From the NCBI GenBank assembly GCA_964035575.1, contig OZ037837.1, positions 310,001-374,000 of the forward strand: a stretch of DNA of 64,000 nucleotides. Reading direction: 5' to 3'. Below, in pieces: positions 23,670 through 36,029 of this stretch. Both the position numbers and the translations under genes were made by a program. This DNA is from Rhynchopus sp. YZ270_cl-10. Its lineage: Eukaryota. Position 1 is the first letter of the stretch, and each line of letters starts with the position of its first letter. The notes under the pieces were generated by a model, which was not told where the DNA came from, made no database searches, and worked only from the letters and a program-made list of their open reading frames with translations.

Positions 23670-24542
23670 TAAATTGTTTGAGTAGTGTAGTTGCCTCAGG
23701 TTGTGTTGCCACAGTTTGTGCAATCTCCATTGTTTTTTTAAACGAAACAACGATAAATCCCTCAAAAAAGGTATGGGTGAGCAGCACAAAAGGGACAGCT
23801 GAACCAGACTTCGTAGCACTTACTCTAAGACCCTCGCGGCGTCTGCATGGCGAGGGGTGTTAGAGGGGAATCACTATAAATTTGCAGTGGCAACAACACC
23901 AAGGCATCCCAGCAAAACCTTGACCTTTTTCTTGGGTTTTCTGAACCCTCACCAACAAAAGAAGCAAAAAAACTAAAGAGAATTCTTAAGGGGGGGGAAC
24001 CTCACGCGGTGTCAATTTGCTGGAGAGGTCAGGTGATCCCCGCTACTGTTCAGGTACCACGCGAAAGTGCTGGAGTAGGGAGGGGGGCACCTGGGAGGGG
24101 GGAAAAAAAGGGGAGAAACGAAAGGACGAACAGGGAATACCAGACACCCTCAATTTCCGCAGGGGGGAAATCTGAAACAATGGGGGGAATGAATGATGAA
24201 AAATAAAAGAACAAAAATTGAGGGGGGGAAATGCCTGAATCTGCACGACACCGGGGGCACATAGTTTTTAAGAATAATCAAAAACAGCGATGAAAAAATC
24301 GCCAAAAAGATGTGCGCACCCAGTACTCATTTTTTTTGTCCATCCTTTCTTTTAATTTTTTTGTGGAGAGTGCCAAAGTGAACCGTTTTTCCTGCGTTCT
24401 TAGAAATGCAGGAACACTGATTGCAAGTTGCATTTTTTCAGTGCCAATTTCTCTGACAAAACAATAAGTTTGACTTATATACACCAGTCTTAACTCAAAA
24501 TAAAAATTGCACACGTCCAGCTCGCCTTTTGGCTTTTTCTTA

Positions 24543-24843
24543 GCATGTGGCATGTGGCATGTGGCATGTGGCATGTGGCATGTGGCATGTGGCATGTGGC
24601 ATGTGGCATGTGGCATGTGGCATGTGGCATGTGGCATGTGGCATGTGGCATGTGGCATGTGGCATGTGGCATGTGGCATGTGGCATGTGGCATGTGGCAT
24701 GTGGCATGTGGCATGTGGCATGTGGCATGTGGCATGTGGCATGTGGCATGTGGCATGTGGCATGTGGCATGTGGCATGTGGCATGTGGCATGTGGCATGT
24801 GGCATGTGGCATGTGGCATGTGGCATGTGGCATGTGGCATGTG
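24543..24843. repeat. 7-bp tandem array (GCATGTG)n, ~43 units; ~4-unit copy near 48055-48081
   Basis: Read directly from the sequence. Confidence 0.98.
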
Positions 24844-25006
24844 TCCTGGTATGGGGCAACCTCCATGGGAGAAACAAAACAAAACAAAATAAAATAAAAC
24901 AAACAAAATCTACTAGTAGCAACCGTTGCAACGGAGGCCGCAATTTGACAACAGCAAAACGCACGGTACGGGCACACACAGAACTCTCACAATATCGGGT
25001 CTCTGC

Positions 25007-27697
25007 TCACAGTGTCCACACTATCAGAGTGCCGTCGGAGCTCGCAGTTGCCAGACGTGCGCTGTCGGGAGCAAAGGCCACACGCGCCACCACTGCCGCA
25101 GAGTGTCCGAGCAGGTCCGCAACCAGGGTCCCGCTCTTGCTCCACACCATCACGTCACCCTCGCCCACAGCAGCCAGCAGCGACCCGTCACGGCTGTACC
25201 TGCTGTCGTGCACCACACCCGACGGCATCTCGACAGCAAAGTGCTCCACTGCGTGGCCCACGGCAATGCTGCCCCCAGACCACCTCGTCACACGGACCCA
25301 CCCGTCCTCCATGCCACGCATGAGCTCCTGATCGCGGGAGAACGCCAGCGCCTTCACACGCACACGCACAGACGGCACCTCCGACACAGACACGGTGCCG
25401 CTGCCGCTCAGACTCCACACACTTGTCACCTCGCCGACTTCCGTGCCCCACACAGTGGCGAGGAAGTTCCCAACAGTGTCGAAGGCAGCGCCGCGTGCGT
25501 GGCGCTGGATCACAGTGGAGGGGTCCGCCACGTCCGACGCAAGCAGGTCAAACACACGTGTGTGCGGGTCGCTCCCGCCCCCGCTCACCACGTAGCGCCC
25601 GTTGTCCGAGAACTGCACGCTCGTCACAGGTCTGCCCCGCGAATGGCTGAGGTCCACCAGGGTTGCCTCCAGCACACCTGTCGCAGCGTCGCACACAACC
25701 ACACGCCCGCCCTCCCCAGCAAGCGCCACCAGGCTGTTGTTGGGCGAGAACGCAATGTCGTACACCTTGAAGCCGTCCGCACAGCCCAGCTGCGCCATCT
25801 GCACACCCGTCCGTGCAGAGAACACACGCACAACACGGTCTGCAGCTCCTGTTGCCACACGGCTTCCGTCACCAGAGAATGCCACAGACAGCAGGCGTGC
25901 AGGATGCTTCACCTCGTAGGCACATGCACGTGACACCAATGAACCGCAGGGTTTTGTCACAGTGTCAACCGCCACACACTCAGGCTGAACGTATGGCACA
26001 CGTGTTGCAGGCACATCTGTTGGTGGGGCTGGTGTCGGCACTGCTGTTGGCGGTGCTTCGGTGGGATCTGCACAGACGAAGTCAAACTCAAAGCCTGGGT
26101 ACGTCACAGACCCGTCAGTGGTGAACTGCATGAACAGTGGCCCATCCCATGTGTGCACTGTCCCCGAAGACAACGAACCAGCGTAACGGTACACTTGCTT
26201 GTAGTAGCCCTTAAATAATTCGGTGCTGATGGTCATGTAGTCGTAGTTGCGCTCGGTGCTGAACGAAGTCCACGTGATGATCACAGCAGTGTCACATTCA
26301 ATCTTCCAGCATTCGGATTCGCGGTTTCCGTAGTTCAAGAAGCTCACCTGGCCTGTTGTAGTGTCGTTGTCAAAGACTGTCAGGTTGTTGCAGGCGAGGT
26401 AAATTCCTGGCACACGTGTGAGTGGCACGTCTGTGGGAGGTGAGGCTGTGGGTTCTGCTGTTGGTGGGGCTGGTGTCGGCACTGCTGTCGGTGGTGCTTC
26501 GGTGGGCTCGGTGCAGAAGAAGTCGAACTCAAAGCCTGGGTACGTCACAGACCCGTCAGTGGTGAACTGCATGAACAGTGGCCCAGCCCATGTGTGCTCT
26601 GTCCCCGAAGACAACGAACCAGCGTAACGGTACACTTGCTGGTAGACGTCCTCCTGTACTTCGGTGCTGATGGTCATGTAGTCGTAGTTGCGCTCAGTGC
26701 TGAACGAAGTCCACGTGATGACCACAGCAGTGTCACATTCAATCTTCCAGCATTCGGATTCGCGGTTTCCGTAGTTCAAGAAGCTCACCTGGCCTGTTGT
26801 AGTGTCGTTGTCAAAGACTGTCAGGTTGTTGCAGGTGGTGTAAGTTCCTGGCACACGTGTGGGTGGCGTGTCTGTGGGAGGTGAGGCGGTGGGTTCCCTT
26901 GTTGGAACTGCTGTGGGTACAGCGGTAGGTTCAGCTGTCGTGAACGGCACACAGGAAAAGTTTTGGGACCACACACCCGTGTCGTTGGTGTCTGCCCCCT
27001 CCTCACACTGCAGCACCCCGTCCCTGCGGTACCCCACATCACATTCTGCGTCGCAAGACTCCCCAATGAAGAAGGTTCTGTTCCCCCTGCACTCCTCCGT
27101 GTTCAGGTTGTCATAATCGGGAATGGTCCCGCAGGTGCCAACGTGAAACGCAATGTCCACGTGCACGCTGGAGCTCATCCTGCACGGGTGTCCAGAATTG
27201 CCGCTGGGCTTCAGTGGCCAACCTGCACCCTCTATCCAGACCTCGTGGTCGCCGACTTCATCGGACGGGATGATCATCGAATACCATGTGTCTAGGTTTG
27301 TGGAACATGTGGGCACAGTGTCACTTCCCTGCGCTCTGGATCCATAGCTCCCGTGGCACGTCACAGAGCTGCCACTTGGGAAGGAGTGCACACTTTCACC
27401 ATCAAAATCCTTTGTGTACCCGCAGTGCTCTAGGGCCGAAACGACGTTGTCCACAGGTGTGTACACTAGGCGATTGGGTGGTTTGCAATACACGGCTGTA
27501 CTGCTGCTGTTCACCCCTGACGGAGTTCGCACGTGGACAACACCACGTTCATTCTCCTGTGTGCTGTGGTAAGTGGCCAGCCACAGGGTGACGTAGCCCG
27601 GCTGTGTCGACGAAACAGATGAGCACACGGCAGAGATGTGCGCCTCCACAACACTGGCAGCCAGCATCGCAACCACGCCTGCACGAAGTGCCGACAT
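25007..27697 (-). CDS. Signal peptide, unknown N-domain, Sushi/CCP-like domain, two CUB domains with Pro/Thr linkers, C-terminal WD40 repeats
   Basis: CDAECDVGY...LQC...W...C (Sushi); NYGNRESECWKIEC...FSTERNYDYMTI...FTTDGSVTYPGF twice (CUB, 441-bp period); VAFSGDGSRVATGAADRVVRVF and VAFAPDSARLATASSDGTLIVW (WD40). Confidence 0.85.
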   Translation of the reverse strand: MSALRAGVVAMLAASVVEAHISAVCSSVSSTQPGYVTLWLATYHSTQENERGVVHVRTPSGVNSSSTAVYCKPPNRLVYTPVDNVVSALEHCGYTKDFDGESVHSFPSGSSVTCHGSYGSRAQGSDTVPTCSTNLDTWYSMIIPSDEVGDHEVWIEGAGWPLKPSGNSGHPCRMSSSVHVDIAFHVGTCGTIPDYDNLNTEECRGNRTFFIGESCDAECDVGYRRDGVLQCEEGADTNDTGVWSQNFSCVPFTTAEPTAVPTAVPTREPTASPPTDTPPTRVPGTYTTCNNLTVFDNDTTTGQVSFLNYGNRESECWKIECDTAVVITWTSFSTERNYDYMTISTEVQEDVYQQVYRYAGSLSSGTEHTWAGPLFMQFTTDGSVTYPGFEFDFFCTEPTEAPPTAVPTPAPPTAEPTASPPTDVPLTRVPGIYLACNNLTVFDNDTTTGQVSFLNYGNRESECWKIECDTAVIITWTSFSTERNYDYMTISTELFKGYYKQVYRYAGSLSSGTVHTWDGPLFMQFTTDGSVTYPGFEFDFVCADPTEAPPTAVPTPAPPTDVPATRVPYVQPECVAVDTVTKPCGSLVSRACAYEVKHPARLLSVAFSGDGSRVATGAADRVVRVFSARTGVQMAQLGCADGFKVYDIAFSPNNSLVALAGEGGRVVVCDAATGVLEATLVDLSHSRGRPVTSVQFSDNGRYVVSGGGSDPHTRVFDLLASDVADPSTVIQRHARGAAFDTVGNFLATVWGTEVGEVTSVWSLSGSGTVSVSEVPSVRVRVKALAFSRDQELMRGMEDGWVRVTRWSGGSIAVGHAVEHFAVEMPSGVVHDSRYSRDGSLLAAVGEGDVMVWSKSGTLVADLLGHSAAVVARVAFAPDSARLATASSDGTLIVWTL

Positions 27698-28314
27698 CCT
27701 TTGGTCTTTGCGCTCTCTTCTGCTTCTCTCTTTATTTATTTACTCTGTGTTTGATGATCTGTGGAGGCTGTGTGTGGGTGTAGAAGAAAAAACACTTTCT
27801 GTTGAGTTTTGAGAACGTATTACTGCTACTGCTGTTTGGAGCAGAAAAAGAAAAAGAAAACTTGTCAGATGAATTTCGGGTGCCTCTCATGCACACACAC
27901 ATGCTCAAGGAAATAAAGAAAGGGTTAAGAAATGGGGTTTGGAAAGGAGGGGGTTCTCTTTTTGTCGGGGAGATAGAGTCTTGTTAACTAAGAAAGGAGC
28001 AAAGAGGCACTGCGTCAAGGTCCCAGTAGTTGACGCTTCACGCAAGCACCTGGAGGCCAACAGGCTTCGCGTCGCACACGGCGGTCTGCAGTTTTTGTCG
28101 TTCACGTTGCTATTTGGTCGCGTTTTTGGTTGCGTTCAGGGTGGGACCCGCACACCTGCCGATGTCTAGGTTCGCATACTTCATGGTTCTGATAGAGTTA
28201 CATCTGCACGAATCGGACGAGCACCTACCTGACTGACCAGCCACAATGCCATGTGTTCAGTCTACACTGTCCTGCCTACGGTGTCAAAGTTGAGGTTGAG
28301 GGGGCAACACTTCG

Positions 28315-29511
28315 TCACTGCAACAGTCTCTGCCGTTTGTGTGTGTGGAGAGGGTCTTCGCCGTCTCTGCTCCGTTTTGGGCGGTCCTGTACAAACTCAC
28401 TCAGCTCTGCATCCTTGACAGCGCGCGCCACAGCACCACTGCACCCAGTCAGATGTATTCTTTTCAAACCTTCGCAACCCAAAAGAAATCTTGTCTGTGC
28501 AACGCGTGCAACACGGTGGAGGGCTGAGAGGTCTATCTCGGTCAAGCTGCTGCACCTTGCTAGGAAGCTTTCGCAGATGTTCGTGACACTGTGGAGGGGC
28601 GAGAGGTCGATGGCTGTGAGGCTGCTGCAGTCCTGCATGAAGCAGCCCGACAGTGCCTTCACATTGCACAGCGACGACACATCGACCTCGGTCAGGCTGC
28701 GGCATTGGAACAGGAAGTAGTTCCCAACCTTCCTCAACATTCGTAGAGACGAGAGATCGATGCTCCTGACGCTGGTGCATCTGCCCAGGAAGTAGTTTCC
28801 TATGTGCGTGACGTTGTGGAGTGAAGACAGGTCGACAGCTGTCAGGCTCCCGCAGCGACTCAGAAAGCATCCCCGAATGGTCGTGATATTGCTTAGCGAC
28901 GGCAAGCTAATAGTGGCCAAAGAGGAGCAATCATGAAGGAAGCAGTCACCGATGCTTATCAAATTGTTGAATGAAGACAAATCGATGGCGGTCAGGCTGC
29001 TGCATCCACGAAGGAAGTTGTCGCCGAGGACCACGGTGCGGCTTAAAGAAGATATATCAATAGAAGTTAAGCTGCTGCACCCTTCGAGGAAGTCATTCCC
29101 AACCTGCGTGACAGTCGACACAGCACTCAGGTCAAGTCGCGTTAACGACGAACCCCGCAAGAACTTATCAGGAATGGCAGTCGCCACCTCCGCCTGCAGA
29201 AGCAAACACGCTACCGCAGGCTCCCGCACAGTCTCCAGCCTCTGTGCAGACAGGTCTGTCTCGCCCAACGCGTGAAGCTCGGCTATGGCTTCGAACTTCT
29301 TGGATTTCGTGAGGATAATTGTGTCGCCAGCACTCAGCTGCGTCATGTCCGCTCCTTCTTCCATCGCTTCATCTCCGAAACTCATCCCAAAGCTGTCTTC
29401 AGGCAGCCCCACTGCAGACGCCACCTTCCGCCGCATGTCCTCCGCTGTGTCATCTGCACCCATCTCAATCACGTACGTCTCGTCGGAAAAGGACGAGACA
29501 TTCAGATCCAT
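28315..29511 (-). CDS. Ubiquitin-like domain + 25-aa LRR protein with basic C-terminal NLS-like motif
   Basis: ATG 29511 MDLNVSSFSDETYVIEMGADDTAEDMRRKVASAVGLPEDSFGMSFG...LSAGDTIIL (Ubl pattern); ~10 LRRs xIGxxFLxxCxSLTxIDLSxL; RPKRSR...HKRQR. Confidence 0.9.
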   Translation of the reverse strand: MDLNVSSFSDETYVIEMGADDTAEDMRRKVASAVGLPEDSFGMSFGDEAMEEGADMTQLSAGDTIILTKSKKFEAIAELHALGETDLSAQRLETVREPAVACLLLQAEVATAIPDKFLRGSSLTRLDLSAVSTVTQVGNDFLEGCSSLTSIDISSLSRTVVLGDNFLRGCSSLTAIDLSSFNNLISIGDCFLHDCSSLATISLPSLSNITTIRGCFLSRCGSLTAVDLSSLHNVTHIGNYFLGRCTSVRSIDLSSLRMLRKVGNYFLFQCRSLTEVDVSSLCNVKALSGCFMQDCSSLTAIDLSPLHSVTNICESFLARCSSLTEIDLSALHRVARVAQTRFLLGCEGLKRIHLTGCSGAVARAVKDAELSEFVQDRPKRSRDGEDPLHTHKRQRLLQ

Positions 29512-30384
29512 ATTTTTGTGTCGCTCTGTTTGTGTGGTTGTGGTGGTGGCAGCGTGTGGAGGAGAAAGATGGGAACACACGCAGACAAGACGCGCAGCAC
29601 CTCACATCCGCAACAGTGTGCAGGAGAGCCCAGCAATTGACAGGTAAGTTCATCGGCGACGCAAGTACTGGTTCCATGCGGGTTATTGAACCCAGTTGGG
29701 TCCTTTTTGAACTTAGATGGGGCGGTTAAAGTGGACAGTTCCATTTTTTATTTTGTTGAGCAACTCACTTGTGGTAGTGACCAAAATTTGTATTAAAAAA
29801 GGAGCAGAACAGCAAAAAAACGTGGAAATGAAATACCCCCCCTTCTTTATTTATTCGTTGTTTGTTGTTTGTTGACCGCATCCATCCTCGTCCGTACTTC
29901 AAACGCCCTTTAGCACATATTGAAATGCCCTTTGTGAAAACCGCCTGCACTCCGCAGATGACTCCTCTTCACTTTTAAAGTACCGAAAACCCCGAAAACC
30001 CGGCATCCTGAAGTACGGTGAGGTGGAGCACAAGAGGGGGAAGGGGAAACGGTAAAACTCATGACAACCGACGAGCGCGTCTTTCATTTCCAGACGTATT
30101 GCATACTCGGAAAAAATGTTTTTCTCTGTCAAGTGTTGTTGTGTGTTAGCAGTTTTCTTTCCTTACTTCAAAAACTCTCTCTTTTTTGTTTGATTTTGTT
30201 TTGGTTGAGACACATCAATGGTGTTGGTTCTGTGGAATCACTGAACCACCCATATCCTGTATCACATCGTTGATTGTTCTTTCCCTGCGTTGACTGCAGG
30301 AAAGTTCGCGAAAACTATCGCGACCAGGACACCCAAAAAACACACATACACCCCCCCCCCCCCCCATAGTACCATAGTACCATA

Positions 30385-33300
30385 CACGGCGGGGTCCACA
30401 CACCCGAGGGTCCGTAAATTTTACGGACCCTCATTACGGACCCTCAAGTGCGGACCCGGGTCCGTAATTACGGACCCTAGGGTCCGTAATTACGTACCCT
30501 AGGGTCCGTAATTACGGACCCTAGGGTACGTAATTACGTGGTCTAAGGTGGGAAATCACTGTTTGGATGTGTGACTGCTGGTCGAAAAGCCCTGGGAGCA
30601 AACCGAGTGGTACACAGGTACCACATGATAGACCATGATCATGTGGGCCTATCCCAAGTTACATACCGAAAAAAGTCGTGAGCTCGGTTAGTTGTCAAAG
30701 ACGTCTTCCACCATGCACTGAGGAGATAATGATCCAACAATTTACAAGAAAGATTACTTAACCTACTGCTGGAGTTGCCAGGTCGTAGTAACACACAAAG
30801 TGTGCCTCCGTTCGGGAAGACCGGATATTCTAGAGACCAAAAAGGCCTCAAGAATATCTTCCGGTAGTCAAGGTATAACCGAGTGAACGGCCCAAGACCC
30901 CCGTGGAGAAGTTAAATGTTGTAATGCTATCAAGTACAAACTGCGAACACTGTCTTACCCTCCTCAATACATGGTGGAATATGTCTTTGACAACAAACCG
31001 AGCTCAAGAGTTTTTAAACTTCCCTGAGGGAATGCGAGACGCAAAATTTACCACCAGACCCTGTCTTCGTGCACCTTCGGTGCAACGCTGCAGACAGGCC
31101 AAACTGCGTTGGACTCAGAGGAATGCCTGCTGTGCAGTGTATCAATGAGAACCAAGTCCCAGCAACAAGGGGCGCCTTTTGGCGGGCGTTGTTGAGGGTG
31201 TTTGGGGTGCAAAGTTTTCCACAATTTTGATGCGCGGGTACAGAAGTGTTGTCTTGTTCTTTCATCTTTAGGAATGTAAATGTCAATCGCGTTTAACTAC
31301 CACTAGGGCTTGTTCAGTGAACCCACGAGGGGTCGAAGGGGGTTGGTTATCCCATAGCTATCAAAGGTTGTGTCGACCAGGCTAATCCACTATGTTACGC
31401 TGTACGTTGTTAAATCCGAAGAAATAACACTTTAGCAGCCGCAGGAAGTTTGCTAAAAAGAGTGCCTCACGCTACACAAACCACCACCCGCGATTGACTT
31501 AGATGTTATAACAAAGAGAATTCAGAACAAAACAACACCCTGCCCCATACACACTAAATTGTCATGCTTCAAGAGCATGCCTGGGCCAAAATTACTGTTG
31601 ACCAAAAAGGCAACAAGACCACCCACAAGGAGTGTAAATTGTGCACTGGTTTTCTGGGGGAACGCAATATTTTCTTGTGTCTAGTCCTCCGCAAGCAGAG
31701 GACAGACTTTCCGGAAGGTTTCCAAAGTCGAATTTCTTGCACTAGCTATGCTCCCTTGGTTAATGGCTATAGCAGTGACTGACTAAGTGTACCCACCCCC
31801 CTCCACCCAGATCTTCGTCCGCAAACTCAGAATAGATTGATGCGGGTAGATTTTGAGTTGTTGAATGTCGGACCGCGGTGAAGCTTCTCATCGCAATCGC
31901 GGGTGCAGTTCAGACTTCACGATCCTGTGATAAGTGTAAATGTGGGGTGTGATTAAGTTATGGTATACAAACGTAGTAGTCGGGAAAGGTGAGGTTAATA
32001 AAAAAGGCTATTTATTGCCGTGAAATAAGATAGATTTTTTCCACGCTACAGGTCGAGAGAGTGACCTGCTGCACAAATGGTTCGAGTGAAGCGAGGTGAA
32101 TTATGTGAAGCAGGTAACGAGCGCCTGTGGAACCAAATAGAAACGTAACACTCATCACACGATAAAACCCATGGGAGAGGTTGTGGTGAAACGCACACAC
32201 CTCGACCTGAGGAGTGGCTCTGCAGCGCGGTTCGTCCCCAGAACCGCAAGTGTGTTCAAAATGCTTTGTTTCTATTTCCTCCTTCATGTCATGAGGTGAC
32301 ACAAAATGATTGGTGCGTAAAAAAATAGCTATTTAATAGTGTGAACATTACGCGTTTATTTCGAGTTGAAAACACGAACAAGTTGAAACATGCGGCATTT
32401 TTTTGTTCAATCTTCACTAGTAACTGAAAGTTAAACATAATTACATACCTTGTCTTCCCCGTAACCTGCGCCTTCGCTGCTTTTAAGGTGCTTTCTCTGG
32501 GTGCCCAGTACCCAGTACCCAGTACCCAGTACCCAGTACCCAGTACCCAGTACCCAGTACCCAGTACCCAGTACCCAGTACCCAGTACCCAGTACCCAGT
32601 ACCCAGTACCCAGTACCCAGTACCCAGTACCCAGTACCCAGTACCCAGTACCCAGTACCCAGTACCCAGTACCCAGTACCCAGTACCCAGTACCCAGTAC
32701 CCAGTACCCAGTGTCTTCGAGAACCTAAAAATGCATTTTGTTGAAATTTTCTGGCTTTTTCTGAACTTTTCCCAGCTACTTTTCTGGTCGAGTAGCTATT
32801 TTCACTTTTCTGGTGTATGAGTAGGTTTTCTGGGTGGGAGACTGGATTCTGGGTACAGTGGTGTGTCTGGGCACCCAGGCACCTGGGTACTGGTGTATTT
32901 TCGGCCCAGTACCCCGGTACACGATACACTGGTGTACAAGGAAAAAAGTCGTGAAAAAGCAACCACAGCTCCACATGACAAACACAAAAGTGTCCAGTCA
33001 CGTGGGGCATTCATGCACTGAGGAGATAATGATCCAACAATTTACAAGAAAGATTACTTAACCTACTGCTGGAAATTGCCAGGTCGTAGTAACACACAAA
33101 GTGCGCCTCCGTTCGGGAAGACCGGATATTCTAGAGACCAAAAAGGCCTCTTCCGCTGGTCAAGGTATAACCGAGTGAACGGCCCAAGACCCCCGTGGAG
33201 AAGTTAAATGTTGTAATGCTATCAAGTACAAACTGCGACCACTGTCTTACCCTCCTCAATGCATGGTGGAAGATGTCTTTCACAACAAATAAGCTGTACA

Positions 33301-33781
33301 CAGGTACACAGGTAAAACCCGTTAAAATTGTGTGTGAAAGTTAAAAATAGCTATATTTGCATTTTTCGCCCAGCATTGAGGACACATAGTCCCACCAAGG
33401 GCAATTTTGTGATGTCAAAAAAATTTTTTTTTCGGACCAAAAATTGACTTGTTTTCGGTAAAACCCACTAAAAATTGTGGTACTCTAAACTGCGTTTTAG
33501 ACCCCCACAGATGCTCAAAAGTGCCAAATTTTGCTTTTAATGGCCTCAAATCGTCGAAATTAGCCCTAAACGGGGGCAAAAAAAATTTTTCGAGAGTCCC
33601 TTTCCCTGGGAGGCTCCGTAATTACGGACCCTAGGGTACGTAATTACGTACCCTAGGGTACGTAATTACGGACCCTAGGGTCCGTAATTACGTACCCTAG
33701 GGTACGTAATGACACTCCGTAAAGAGGGACCCTCCTAACATGCCGTTTTACGGACCCTCGGGGTGTGCGGACCCCGCCGTG
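30385..33781. mobile_element. 3.4-kb non-autonomous TIR element, CACGGCGGGGTCC termini, inserted in the (TACCATAG)n array with TA duplication (CMC/EnSpm-like end structure)
   Basis: Imperfect ~34-bp TIR; 22-bp palindromic subterminal units GGGTCCGTAATTACGGACCCTA at 30458-30538 and 33615-33709; satellite phase is restored by removing the element and one TA. Confidence 0.85.
32504..32712. repeat. 7-bp tandem array (CCCAGTA)n, ~30 units, inside the 30385-33781 element
   Basis: Read directly from the sequence. Confidence 0.98.
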
Positions 33782-36028
33782 TAGTACCATAGTACCATAG
33801 TACCATAGTACCATAGTACCATAGTACCATAGTACCATAGTACCATAGTACCATAGTACCATAGTACCATAGTACCATAGTACCATAGTACCATAGTACC
33901 ATAGTACCATAGTACCATAGTACCATAGTACCATAGTACCATAGTACCATAGTACCATAGTACCATAGTACCATAGTACCATAGTACCATAGTACCATAG
34001 TACCATAGTACCATAGTACCATAGTACCATAGTACCATAGTACCATAGTACCATAGTACCATAGTACCATAGTACCATAGTACCATAGTACCATAGTACC
34101 ATAGTACCATAGTACCATAGTACCATAGTACCATAGTACCATAGTACCATAGTACCATAGTACCATAGTACCATAGTACCATAGTACCATAGTACCATAG
34201 TACCATAGTACCATAGTACCATAGTACCATAGTACCATAGTACCATAGTACCATAGTACCATAGTACCATAGTACCATAGTACCATAGTACCATAGTACC
34301 ATAGTACCATAGTACCATAGTACCATAGTACCATAGTACCATAGTACCATAGTACCATAGTACCATAGTACCATAGTACCATAGTACCATAGTACCATAG
34401 TACCATAGTACCATAGTACCATAGTACCATAGTACCATAGTACCATAGTACCATAGTACCATAGTACCATAGTACCATAGTACCATAGTACCATAGTACC
34501 ATAGTACCATAGTACCATAGTACCATAGTACCATAGTACCATAGTACCATAGTACCATAGTACCATAGTACCATAGTACCATAGTACCATAGTACCATAG
34601 TACCATAGTACCATAGTACCATAGTACCATAGTACCATAGTACCATAGTACCATAGTACCATAGTACCATAGTACCATAGTACCATAGTACCATAGTACC
34701 ATAGTACCATAGTACCATAGTACCATAGTACCATAGTACCATAGTACCATAGTACCATAGTACCATAGTACCATAGTACCATAGTACCATAGTACCATAG
34801 TACCATAGTACCATAGTACCATAGTACCATAGTACCATAGTACCATAGTACCATAGTACCATAGTACCATAGTACCATAGTACCATAGTACCATAGTACC
34901 ATAGTACCATAGTACCATAGTACCATAGTACCATAGTACCATAGTACCATAGTACCATAGTACCATAGTACCATAGTACCATAGTACCATAGTACCATAG
35001 TACCATAGTACCATAGTACCATAGTACCATAGTACCATAGTACCATAGTACCATAGTACCATAGTACCATAGTACCATAGTACCATAGTACCATAGTACC
35101 ATAGTACCATAGTACCATAGTACCATAGTACCATAGTACCATAGTACCATAGTACCATAGTACCATAGTACCATAGTACCATAGTACCATAGTACCATAG
35201 TACCATAGTACCATAGTACCATAGTACCATAGTACCATAGTACCATAGTACCATAGTACCATAGTACCATAGTACCATAGTACCATAGTACCATAGTACC
35301 ATAGTACCATAGTACCATAGTACCATAGTACCATAGTACCATAGTACCATAGTACCATAGTACCATAGTACCATAGTACCATAGTACCATAGTACCATAG
35401 TACCATAGTACCATAGTACCATAGTACCATAGTACCATAGTACCATAGTACCATAGTACCATAGTACCATAGTACCATAGTACCATAGTACCATAGTACC
35501 ATAGTACCATAGTACCATAGTACCATAGTACCATAGTACCATAGTACCATAGTACCATAGTACCATAGTACCATAGTACCATAGTACCATAGTACCATAG
35601 TACCATAGTACCATAGTACCATAGTACCATAGTACCATAGTACCATAGTACCATAGTACCATAGTACCATAGTACCATAGTACCATAGTACCATAGTACC
35701 ATAGTACCATAGTACCATAGTACCATAGTACCATAGTACCATAGTACCATAGTACCATAGTACCATAGTACCATAGTACCATAGTACCATAGTACCATAG
35801 TACCATAGTACCATAGTACCATAGTACCATAGTACCATAGTACCATAGTACCATAGTACCATAGTACCATAGTACCATAGTACCATAGTACCATAGTACC
35901 ATAGTACCATAGTACCATAGTACCATAGTACCATAGTACCATAGTACCATAGTACCATAGTACCATAGTACCATAGTACCATAGTACCATAGTACCATAG
36001 TACCATAGTACCATAGTACCATAGTACC
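33782..36028. repeat. 8-bp tandem array (TACCATAG)n, ~280 units; a few more units at 30364-30384
   Basis: Read directly from the sequence; no variant unit noticed. Confidence 0.98.
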
Positions 36029-36029
36029 A

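Noticed and set aside
22754..24979. ORFs of (TVYSVQC)n, (HCTLYTV)n and (MPHATCH)n
   Set aside because: Six-frame translations of 7-bp satellites.
32483..32820. ORFs of (GTGYWVL)n and (STQYPVP)n
   Set aside because: Translations of the (CCCAGTA)n array.
33782..36028. Telomeric repeat
   Set aside because: The array is interstitial and the unit is not a G-rich TTAGGG-type repeat.
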